Part shown: piece after piece, positions 12,568-23,660 of the stretch
Position numbering within the stretch: position 1 is the stretch's first letter
Layout: the number at the start of each line of letters is the position of its first letter
Assembly (NCBI RefSeq): GCF_006345805.1
Contig: NC_042999.1
Location: 166,036,001-166,100,000, forward strand
Source of the DNA: Octopus sinensis
Lineage: Eukaryota
Reading direction: 5' to 3'
Length of the DNA stretch: 64,000 nt
The notes under the pieces: generated by a model
Database searches by the model: none
Seen by the model: only the letters and a program-made list of their open reading frames with translations
Told to the model about the DNA's origin: nothing
Program-made: the position numbers and the translations under genes

Positions 12568-14839
12568 TAATTCTTTTTATTTGGCACCTAGGCCATGACA
12601 CAGAGGGGACAGCACAAGGACAGACAGAACACCACAGTGGGGACAAAAAACATAAAAATGAATGGAAAATGGAAAAATGTACAATGAAATCAATGGTGAT
12701 GAAATGGCTGCATGGGCCCCACTCACATTGCACCCCTACCATTTGAATGGTCTTACTTTCAGTTTGTAATCTTTTTCTTTCTTTCCTTATTTTTTCACTA
12801 TTAGCATCATTTTGTTTACTCTTGTTTTCTTCTTTTTTTTTAAAGCCATTTTACTCTTTTTATTTAATATCGGATGTAAGTATCTAGTTCACTTAGTTCT
12901 ACTAGCGGTGGTTTGTCGGACTCCACCACGAATCCCGGCTGCTTGATTTCACACTTTTCCTTCAACTTTTTATATTTTTCTTTATCGATTAGAATAGCTT
13001 TTACATTTATACTGTACATCTCCTTGGGCAACCTAACCCTTATAACAGATTTAAGCTTGGTTATCACTCTTTCGGTATATATACTTTTAGCATATGTCAC
13101 GAAATTCCAGCTATATTTTCTTTGTCTTCTTGCTTGTTTATCATGTTCCACCCTTGGCACCACCTCCTCTATTCTGGTTAGTGTCACTGTTTCTTCTCTT
13201 TGCTGTCCAAAAAGGTTCTCTAGTATGCTTGCTTCTCTCTCCTCCTCCTCCTCCATGACCTTCTTAACCTCCTTTTCTACCTCTTTCTCGACCTCCTTTT
13301 CAACCACTTTTACGACTTCCTTCTCCACCTCTTTTTCTGTCTCTCTGGCAGAGAGCCAATTCTTTCTTTCCTTTTTCATTTTTTCACCACTTCAAATTCC
13401 TCCTCTATTCCTGTTGTCTCCTCATCTTCCTGGACCACATAGTTCACTTTCTCCTGTTCCTCAGCCTGTTCTATTTGTTGCTCTTTCTCTTCTCTCTAGG
13501 GGCACCTTGCCTTCATGTGGACTTTCTCACCACACAAGTAGCATATGGGAGACCTGCTCTCCACCACCATCTCAATCTCATATCTTCAGGTAATATTTCT
13601 TCTGGAATCTTATTCATGTCACTCACAGTTGACTGGACTGCCATCTTGATTCTGTATCCCCCAAAATTCACTCTTTTTGTTCTCATAACTCTCAGGATTT
13701 TCGCATCCTCCTCCATGTTGTACATTACTGCAGCAACCAACCATGTTTCATCCAATTCTGGTGGCACTTTTCCCACCCTTACTCTGATAACTCGCTTGCC
13801 ACAGTATATTGGTAGGAGCACTCACTCTTCTATCTTTATGGCATCAGTGGAGTGCTTTATTGCTTCTTCTTAGCTTATGAATTGCACCTCCACTGTGCCA
13901 TATCTTCTTCCTTTTGTTATAAATGTGGTGACCTTTTGACCTCTTTTAAACACTTCTCAATGTCTTCTATCATAGCTATATCGATTTTCCTTGTCGATAC
14001 CTTCAGTGTTTTGTATATCACTGTTTGTTTTTTAAACTCCATTTGTTAAGTCAACCTGGGGGGTGTCAGTTTAAGGCTGTGGCCTTTTCTAATAGCTTGC
14101 TACTTTCTTTCAGCTTTCTGGGTTCATTTTTAACTTCTCAAACCTCCAAAGCTTCTACTATTCCTCTGCCAATTTCAGCCGCATAACTGTGGCTGAACCA
14201 ATTCTACTATATGGCTCAGAAACCTTGACGTTATCAAAGAAGCTTGAGGAGTGGTTGGATGGAACTTACACTCACCTCCTTATGAGAGCTCAAAATGTCT
14301 CGTGGAAGCGTCATCCAACCAAAATACAAATATATGGAAAACTACCACCTGTATCATCTCTTGTGAAAGGTAGGAGAGTCCAGTTTGCTGGACATTGTTG
14401 TAGAGCTGAAAACAAGGCAATTTTTACTCTTCTCCTCTGGAAGCCATCTACTCGTGATACCAGAGGGCGCACACTCTCCTACCCTGATGTAATCTCCAGA
14501 GATACAGGCATCCAGCAACAGGACCTCCGTAATGCTATGATGGACCGTGAAGTCTGGCGTAGCATAGTAAATTCCATTGTCTTGACCACGGTCGAACAAT
14601 GATGATGATGTGGCTATTTTCTGGTCAAGTTTCCATTTCACTTCTCTCTAGCTCTCCCATAAATGGGAATAAAAAAAACAATTCAGCAAAAACTCATTAT
14701 TAAAACAGTAATTTCAACAAGTAACTAACGTAGTACAACCATGAGGGGAGACCTTTAACAATTATAACAATATCACACTTACTTCAACAGAATCGTAAAG
14801 ATTTCAAAAAACACTGTCACAACCCAAAAATTGAGTCAG
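12568..14839 (-). mobile_element. ORF1-only non-LTR retroelement, copy A (about 1.85 kb without the nested RTE)
   Basis: Decayed ORF about 14636-12864 (LLPIYCGKR..VPPELDETWLVAAV..IPEEILP..RSPICYLCGEKVHMKARCP, CX2CX4HX4C, then a Glu/Lys-rich region). Own 3' tail at 12624-12568, homologous to that of copy B. No EN/RT. Confidence 0.75.
14195..14608 (+). mobile_element. 5'-truncated RTE-type LINE (RT C-terminus + (TGA)n tail)
   Basis: ORF 14189-14602 (ILLYGSET...LLMRAQNVSWKRHPT...DREVWR). 7-bp TSD TGTGGCT at 14188-14194 and 14609-14615. Closely similar copy at 46483-46875. Confidence 0.9.
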
Positions 14840-15039
14840 TGACTGACACTGCTTGCTGTGTCTGTCAGTAGTGGAACAGCCCACCTCTCACTTGGGGGTG
14901 TCCGCCACAATACCTCCCCACTTTGAAATTTTTTCTCTCAACACAACATTATATATATATTTTCATTTCTTTTTCTTCTAACCAGAATTATTTTTCTCTT
15001 AGATTTTTTTCTTGTTTCACACAGAATTATATTTTTGTT

Positions 15040-15660
15040 CCACATAGAACCATATTTTTTTCTTCAAAATGCTGCAGGTAGTACCAGTCTACATTATTTA
15101 TTAGTAACGCTACTACATATAGTGACCGGACTTAAATCCTTCACATGGACTTATTCGTTTTTTGTTTCACACAGAAACATTTTTTGTTTCTTCAAAATGC
15201 TGCAGGTAGTACCAGTCTACATTATTTATTAGTAACGCTACTACACATAGTGACCTGACCTGACTTAAATTGTTTGCACGGACTTATTATTTGTTTTTTG
15301 TTCCTCACAGAACCATATTTTTTTTCTTCACAATGCTGCAGGTAGTTGCAGTCTACATTATTTACTGGTAGTGCTACTACATATAGCAACCTGACTGAAG
15401 TCCTTTGAATGAACTTATATTATTTTTCACTGTGTGTAGTTCAGTTCTATGTTAGAGTTCCAATTTTATAATTTTTTTCTTCAGAATCTTTTTTTATATA
15501 TTTTTCACTGTGTGTATATTACTTTTCATTGTGTAAAGTTCAAATCCCACCTCAGGATTTTTAACATTTTCCCACTGCTTTTCGCTGTTTGTATATTACG
15601 TTCCACTATGTGAAGTTCAAATCCTACCATGGGATTTTTAACATTTTCCCACTGTGTGAG
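15040..15660. repeat. Tandem repeats inside the TRIM-like element (3 x about 135 bp, then 3 shorter units)
   Basis: AATGCTGCAGGTAGT..CAGTCTACATTATTTA recurs near 15068, 15196 and 15332. TTTTTCACTGTGTGTA-type units follow at 15421-15660. Confidence 0.85.
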
Positions 15661-15829
15661 CTCCGGATCCTCTTTGCCATGGATATGTCCCACATTATGA
15701 TGATGAAAGGACGTGACTGGCCTGAACAGCGTACCTCACTGACTGACACTGCTTGCTGTGTTTGTCCACTATTTATCAGTAGTGGTACAACCCACCTCTT
15801 ACTTGGTCCGCCACAACAATACGAAAGAG

Positions 15830-16110
15830 CATTGAGGAAGAAAGCCAGTAAGAGAGGTGTTAAGAAAGGAGTATAGCAGAAAGAAGAGAGCAGTGGCTGA
15901 AGGCATAGCAAAAAGGTGATTGGTAAAAATAGTATGAACCGGGATGATAATGAGGAACAGAAGTGATTCCAGAGGAAGAAGCAGGGAGGTAGCCAGAAGT
16001 GGGGTGGGCATACAATGTGTGTCTTGTGCTAATTCAGCTCTCAGATGATTACAGCAGTTGGATTCAATCCTACTGAATAGTACCCAGGGCAAGTGTCATC
16101 AACTAATGCT
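15830..16110 (-). mobile_element. Old CR1/L2-type LINE 3' remnant (host of the TRIM-like element; flank continues at about 10960-10570)
   Basis: Degenerate translation resembles the RT C-terminal thumb region. Similar purine-rich remnants at 42390-43080 and 62440-63010. Confidence 0.4.
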
Positions 16111-16357
16111 GAGAGTAAATATATGTAAGTTTATGATTATGCCACTTAAAACTGGTTATGTTGATATATGATGAAATGGTGGTTTGACCTACACATCAAT
16201 TGAGTAAGCACCAAACCAGCCAAAGTGGTAAGAAGATTGCTTCCCAACCACGGGTTCAGTCTGTCTGTGTGTGACAAGTGTCTTCTGCTATAGCTTTGGG
16301 CAACCAAAGCCTTGTGGATAGATTTGGTGGATGGAAACTGAAAGGAGCGTATTGGGT

Positions 16358-17602
16358 ATGTGTGTAAAAACCCATGAAATTTATGCACTTTTTTCTTAAA
16401 ATTAAAAATAAACTTTATTGGGTGCATAAATTACATGAGTAGATTGCTTCCAGAATTATTTTTTTTTTTTGTTGCGAAAAGACATACAAAACGTAAACAT
16501 TCACACCAAAAGTTGACTCATTTAATGTCAGAATAGGTTTTTACAGAAAAAAATAATGGCTTAAATATGAAGTTGACTTTTATTTATGCTGGATGGTATA
16601 ATGCTTACTGTTTCTGTATAAATTTACTAAAACCATTAAATGGTTGACTAGTTTTTGAAGTCTGACGATCAAGCTGGTAAACACAGTCCAGGCCATATTC
16701 TACATTGCTTGGAGTATCACAGTGGAGTATCACAATGGAGCACTATTGATATACGTAATAATTTGGATATTCCCGACTGAAAAAAATGTAAAGATATGGA
16801 TAATCTTGATTGTATGTTTTTATTTTTGTCTGATTATTACTAGGCACAGTTTTAAGTTTGTCATACTGTTTACGCCAATTTTGGACATTGGCTCTATTGC
16901 CACCGTTCAAATACATATTCAACATATTTAATATCTCCTTTGCAGCAAACTATTCATAAGTTCTGTCCATACTGACGATAATGGTAATGACAAATTTTTA
17001 AGTTTGCTTGACATTTTATAAGTGTGAATGGGATTAAAATTTCAATACTCCATATCAAAGGTTCCGACAAGAATGGGCGGAAAAGAATTCTGTTACATAA
17101 TCAATCTGATCGGTCACCTTCCTTTGTCGGTTGTGTAAAGTGTCAACCAAGCTGATGTTTAATGGTAATTAAACTTAATTTGCAACACCTGTGCGTATTT
17201 ATCAGCTTTGGTTTTGTTGGTAATTCTTATCAACAACTTTTCCTGTGATCGTGATTTGAGAAGATATACAGAAGTATGCTAAAGATTGGACATAATCTCT
17301 TTTGGGCAGAAGTTTATTATAAACAACACAAACACTTTGTAATATAATAGCTTTCAACGTTGATACCTGTTAAACAGAAATTATTTTTATTTAATGAAAA
17401 TTTAATAAAATCTAATCATAAGTAAGTGAAATTATGCTAAATACAACTAAATTGGAAACCTTTTACCCCTGGCTATATTAGCAATTATGAAAATTTTGGG
17501 GTGCGAATTTTACATGAGTTGAAGCTTTTTTTAACAAATTTTACCCTGAAAATCACGTGTGTAAATTGCACAGGTGTGCAATTTATATGGGTTTATATGG
17601 AA
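16358..17602 (-). mobile_element. Degenerate pogo/Tigger-like DNA transposon
   Basis: - strand reads KEIL..GNRANVQNWRKQYDKL (N-terminal HTH of pogo-like transposases). Imperfect inverted ends AAACCCATGAAATTTATGCAC / AAACCCATATAAATTGCAC. Confidence 0.45.
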
Positions 17603-17625
17603 TATATATATATATATATATATTG

Positions 17626-18238
17626 TTTTTGTTTTTTACTTGTTTCAGTTATTTGACAGTGGCCATACTGGAGCACTGCCTTTAGTCAAACAAATCAACC
17701 CCAGGACTTAATCTTTGTAAGCATAGTACTTATTTCTATTGATCTCTTTTGCCGAACTGCTAAGTTATGGGGACATAATGACACCAACATTGGTTGCCAA
17801 GAGATGGTGGACACACACACACACACATATATATATGCGAGCTGGCAGAAATGTTAGCACGCCGGGCGAAATGCGTAGCCGTATTTCGTCTGCCGTTACG
17901 TTCTGAGTTCAAATTCCGCCGAGGTCGACTTTGCCTTTCATCCTTTCAGGGTCGATAAATTAAGTACCAGTTATGCACTGGGGTCGATGTAATCGACTTA
18001 ATCCGTTTGTCTGTCCTTGTTTATCCCCTCTGTGTTTAGCCCCTTGTGGGTAGTAAAGAAATATATATATATATGACAGGCTTTTTCCAGTTTCTGTCTA
18101 CCAAATCCACTCACAAGGCTTTGGTTGGCCTGAGGCTATAGTAGAAGACACTTGCCCAAGGTGCCATGCAGTAGGACTGAACCTGGAACCATGTGGTTAG
18201 GAAGTAAGATTCTTAACACACAACCACCCCTGCACCTA
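17626..18238 (-). mobile_element. SINE family A split at its microsatellite linker by a family B SINE
   Basis: Tail half at 17626-17815 and head half at 18073-18238, both on the - strand, with the insert between them. Confidence 0.85.
17838..18063 (+). mobile_element. SINE family B, young copy with TCTGTCCTTG...GTAAAGAAATA tail
   Basis: CpG-intact tRNA-like head. Tail 18010-18063 is homologous to the 3' ends of the ORF1-only elements. Confidence 0.9.
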
Positions 18239-18842
18239 CATACATACATACATATATAACAAAATAGGAAGCTGGAAAATTTATTGGTTTTATGTATTCA
18301 CCATTACATATGTTTCATTTGCTAATAGGAATTACAGAGTTTTACTTGTTAGATATGTAAGGAATGTCCTGCATGAAGTTCTTCAGACAGAGAAATTAAA
18401 TAACACAAATATTGTACATTTGGCTGAAACATATTTAGTTAGTAACCAAGAGCAGTGTAGATAGTTGGAGTGAAGGAAGGAAGAGCAAATTTACTATTAC
18501 AAAAAAGAAGTCATAAATACATAGATATACACACACATACATATAATGGCTATGTATAATAAAAATCCTACACATGTACAGAATTAGATGGCTATAAACA
18601 AGGTTATATATGTAAATCTTTACAAACATATATATACAAGTATGAACTATTAATCCCCACATATTTTTCCCTCTCTCTGGTTTGTTTTTTTTGTTCTCTC
18701 TCCATTTGTTTTCAGTCAAAGAGTGTAGGCTCAAAATGTCAAAGACTTTTCCATTCTTCTCAAGCGACAAACTAATACACCTGCTTGTTGTTCCCTCACC
18801 TGTCTTCGACTTTTATTTTCTGTAAATTTGAACATCTGAATA

Positions 18843-19085
18843 GACAATAGCTTGGTAGATAAAGCCATGAAGGATATAAAGACAGAGAAAGCCCCTGACC
18901 CATGTGCTTAAAATATCTGGTGGTGTGGGTTATGGTCTCATCACCTGTATAGTCAATCAGGTGGTAGTCCATGAGGGAATCATACCCAATGACTGGTGTA
19001 GCAACACTATAGTCAACTGCTACTAAACGAAGGTGACACCTTAGGCAGAAATGATTACAGAATTATCAAACTGTTGGATCAGGTC
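18843..19085 (+). mobile_element. RTE LINE RT fragment
   Basis: Diverged match to 25315-25570 (KAPGP...IPNDW..S.IVNCYK). Confidence 0.75.
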
Positions 19086-19229
19086 TTTCATCCCTTTGGC
19101 GTACCAGTTGAACACTGGGGGTGATGTAATCGACTTATCCCCTCTTCAAAATTGCTGGCTTTGTGCCAAAATTTGAAATCAACATTGATAATATCTGTTA
19201 GTTAGTAAGGTTAGTAACAATTTTGAGAA

Positions 19230-19880
19230 ATTTTGAAATGTGCTAAATTTTTTATGAAAGTATCGGTTAAGTGATTCTTTGTGCTTGTTAATATGGTTTT
19301 TACAGTTTAATATTTCTATACTTTGTATTAAACAAATTTACAAAATTTATTTCCCGTTTTATAGGGAGTAACATTTGTAACAATTAACCAAGATAGTGCA
19401 TATTTTATATTTTTATTTTTTAACTCCCAAATAAAAGATTTATGTTTGAATGAAGAAATGGGATTGTAATACAGTAATTTAAATTTTGTAGATGTAGCAC
19501 CGATATATTGGTATGTTTTGTGATGAGTATGGAGGGAGCATTTATAAATTGTTTTCCATAAGACATTATTTAAAGACATATTTATTCAAAAATTACATTT
19601 ATTATCTCTGTTAATTATATACTTATTAGTAGTGTTGTAGTAATTATTAAAATTATATTTATTGTTATTAAGTTTATTACTGTGGTCCTTATTATTTGAT
19701 TTATGGGTTTGGTCATTGTTATTTTGTTTAGTTTTAGATTTATAAATTTTTTGACATTCTATGTTAATGAAACTGTTTTTTTAGTTTATTGAGTGGTTTG
19801 TTATTTGTAGTGCCCACAAACACATGCTTATCATTTATATTATTTGTATACTCTAGTTTATCTTTATATCCAGCTCTAGA
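19230..19880 (-). mobile_element. Penelope-like element remnant (GIY-YIG endonuclease)
   Basis: ORF 19328-19579: IYKC...KTYQYIGATSTKFKLLYYNPISSFKH...IWELKNKNIKY..SW.IV....PY..GNKFC, typical of the PLE GIY-YIG domain. Confidence 0.75.
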
Positions 19881-22800
19881 AAGAACTAAATCATAGTAGT
19901 TAGTATGACTGGAAAAAAGCTGAAATTTTAGAAATACGATGTGAAATGCCTTTTATATTTGAATTTATAATTTGAGACATCCTGTTTTCTTATGCAATAT
20001 CTCTGCAAATAATATTTCCAGAATTTTCAACTTTAATATGTATTTTTGCACCTAGACAGCAACTACGCAAACTACATATTGGATTGTAATAAGTAGATGC
20101 ACTTCAAGAGGAAACAGCTGGGATTTTACCCTGCCTACTACATTATATATGTACATGTGTTTGTGTTTGCTCCCACCACTGCTTGACAACTGGTGTTGGT
20201 TTGTTTTCATCCACATAGCTTAGCAGTTCAACAAAGAAACTGATAGAATAAGTGCAAGGCTTTAAAAAAAAAGATAAGTACTAGAGTTGTTTCATTTGAC
20301 TGAAACCCTTTAAGATGATGTCCCAGCATGGCCACAGTTATACTCAGCTGAACTGTTGAATGTGGTGCCCCAACATGACAGCAGTCTAATAACTTGAATG
20401 AAAGAATATATTTCTTTTTAATGACCAGACTATCAGATATCCCTCTGCATCACTGGGCACAATGGGTTTCCATTCTTTCCTAGATTGCATCCGTCATTGC
20501 CATTTGAGCTCAAATTGTTCCCTCTTCCATGCACATGTCCACCTATTATTTGGAACCTTTTGTGTTTTCAGTACTTGGCAGTTACATCATTCACTCCATT
20601 CTCTTCTTGGAGTACTTTGTTTTGGGTATGCTCCTGCAATGATATTCCTTGATAAAGAGCACTTCATAAGAGGTTCATTAAGGCTTATTTTCATATTTGC
20701 CATAAACTCCTATATCTGGAGGCCATTCTCCTATCTGACACCTGGGTACTTGTCAGGTAAGAAATCTCTCTCCCAATCCAATTTGTGTTAGGATTTCACA
20801 TTGAATGAAGACCCTAAAATCTAATAATAATAATGTCTCTAAATTTGTATTTAAAAAAAAAATTTCTAGGTAACTACAATCAGTTTGCCATTAATTAATT
20901 TATGATCTTGAAATGGCTGTGATTGCATTTCATGCTCAGTCAGCTGTTCAATGTAGTAGGAAATTGCAGTTTTACTGACTCGTTTATAAATCACCAATCT
21001 GTTAGATTTAGAAAAAACACTATTGATTATATTTAGAGACCCACTACCATCACCATGCATTTCTATTTTCTACCATTTAATTAATTATATTTGCCAACTA
21101 TCAATCAAGTAAAGAAAAGAAGAAACCCTTCCTTACTCCAGCTCTCTTTGCTTTTATCTACCTGTACCAATCTATTTAGAGCTACTGGTGGCATCTGGAG
21201 TGTTTGTAATTAGCTTCAAATTTTATTGACAAATTCCAAACCAAACCTCTTGGTGTAGTTGGGAATATTATATTTGTCAGTACTTTTTAGCTTTAATGTT
21301 CTTTTTGTAGACATGTTTGTGTGTGTGCATAAATAGGTATAGGCATGGCTGTGTAGTAAGAAGTTTGCTTTCTAACCATGTAGTTCCAGGTTCAGTCCCA
21401 CTTGGGCAAGTGTTGAATCTTTTCTGTTTGGCTGCTACTTTTCAATTTCTTCAATTTTGTTCCAATTGATTTCATATTTGGTATGTTGATGTACTTTTTG
21501 TATGGTAATTATTGACATGAAATTCATTTTCACCATAAATCAATAAATAAATAGTTAATAGCTTTTAAAGTTTGGAAATTTTGGGTAATTTTGGTCAATT
21601 GAAAACTACAGGCATATAGGTGCCTGTTTCCATAGTAACAAGTCAGGCATTACAAAAAACGTGTGTTTATAAACTAATATTTTATGCTAAACCACATGTT
21701 TCGAACTGGATTATAGTTTGTTGTTTGATAAATATTTTGATAAGTTTGATATTTTGATAAATATTTCATTTCTATACTCTTTTTTTTTTTTTTTTTTTTT
21801 GCATTAAATGCTTAACACAAGAAATAAAGTAGTTGTAAGATGTGCTAAAAATAACAGCTATAGAAGCCTTAAATCACACACTGAAAAATTCTGTTATGGT
21901 TTTTGCATAATTGTATGAATTCTTGTTAATAGAATACAAATTTGTAAAAGTTTTCTGAAAATTTCAAAAAATAAAGTTATGAATACCCAAATTGTGAAGT
22001 CATGTAATAACATGGAATTACTTACCTGATAGTAAGAATTCAAATAAAGTATCCCCGAAAAGGGCTTTAATGTGTTCCCCGAGTATATAGAACATAGGAG
22101 GAAATACTAGTAAGGTATGTATACTAAAATCGTAAAGCATGTTATATAATAACAGGCTAATCAGATATGAGATAATAACAATTCAAAGTAAATAACTCTG
22201 AAAAGAGCTTTTGTGCATTCCCAGAGAATATTGCCCTCAGCAGCGCTAGTGTTGGTATTTTTCATGAATAAGTCACTAACCGAAATAAGTGGACCTATTG
22301 TTTAGGAAAATACTATTTACTTGTTTAAGGGTTGTACTGGATAAATTGTGACAATAACTCTAACAGTTCAAATACAAAGAAATAAGCATATTCAATTTGA
22401 TTTATACCAAATGATTTAGGAAAATGAATGGGTTATGGCTGTTAAAGTGAAATATATTAGATATATATAAGGATCCTTTCCAGGGGCCCTAGTATTGATT
22501 TTTTTTTCAACAATCTGAGTATGTCATGAGGTTTCCAAACATGAGTTCTACTCGCGTGTCAAGTTTCACCAAAATCGATAAAACGTTGTAAGAGTTAGCT
22601 AACAACTCCACAAACACACCCACAGATAGAATTTCCTACATATGCAGTAGATATATGTACGTATACGTGACGACAAACCCCTTCACTCTCTCTCTCTTTC
22701 ACACTCACACATATACATTACATACATCTTTCACTTTCTCCTCTCTTTCTCTTTAAAACAAAAATAAATAAAATTTTTTTACTGAAATTAACGAACTCTG

Positions 22801-23660
22801 GATGATAAGCAAAAGATTGCCATGCACTTGAAAATAGTTTTAAAAAAGCATTAAAAGATTGTCTGTTTAAGGAGAACTAAAATATAAATACTTACTGTGA
22901 ATATTCCTTTTTTCATTTTATGTGCGGGTGGCACGTAAAAAGCACCCACTACACTCTCGGAGTGGTTGGCGTTAGGAAGGGCATCCAGCCGTAGAAACAC
23001 TGCCAGATCTGACTGGGCCTGATGAAGCCTTCTGGCTTCACAGACCCCAGTAGAACCGTCCAACCCATGCTAGCATGGAAAGCGGACGTTAAATGATGAT
23101 GATGATGATGTACAAACAACTTACGTTTTTGAAATCACATTCAGTTAAAATATTTCTAATGATTAAAATATTGTGTGCGTCAAAAAGTCAAAGTTTTTTT
23201 TTCTTAGAGAGTGCAAAGACTATATGTGTGTATACGTCACAGATAACAGCTGTGTGTTTGTATTGACAGACATGCCGTAACATTCATTATATATGTGTGT
23301 TGACATCACAACAGTGATGTTTTTTTTTTGTCAAGAAATAAACAAACAAAAATTGTGTTTAATCATTTTCCTTAATAAATAGTCCCAAATATCACAAAAA
23401 TTTGTACTGCACTACTGAAGGTATGAAAATAAATATGCAAAAAAAAATTAAGATGAAATATACTATTTCTTAGATATTTCAGGTACACACAAACATCTCT
23501 AGAATTTTAGTATTATCAAAATATACGGGCGAAATGCTTAGCAGTATTTCGTCTGCCGCTACGTTCTGAGTTCAAATTCCGCCAACCATACAGCCATACT
23601 TCATCTGTTAATATCAAAATAAATATTGATTTTGTATTGATATTTTCTTTTCCTTTTCAG

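Larger units (their letters stand above)
10968..15818 (-). mobile_element. Non-autonomous small-LTR retroelement (TRIM-like) with nested insertions in its 3' LTR
   Basis: 5' LTR 15818-15680 (TG...CA, 139 bp), immediately followed by PBS-like TGGCAAAGAGGAT. PPT AAAGTGGGGAGG at 14924-14913. 3' LTR split into 14912-14840 and 11045-10968. Flanks CGTAT/CATAT form a 5-bp TSD with one mismatch. Confidence 0.7.

Noticed and set aside
12913-13593. 226-aa hydrophobic/Ser-rich + strand ORF (and 11229-11657)
   Set aside because: Antisense shadows of the Glu/Lys-rich retroelement ORF1 on the - strand.
22030-22655. Helitron/Helentron-like 5' end on the - strand with internal repeats (similar look at 1350-1575)
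   Set aside because: No 3' hairpin-CTAG end could be located, so it is left uncalled.
23420-23490. Alternative donor AAG|GTATGA at 23420 as a proximal first exon of the DUF1647 gene
   Set aside because: There is only a splice-like motif, with no CpG-rich promoter or other support.
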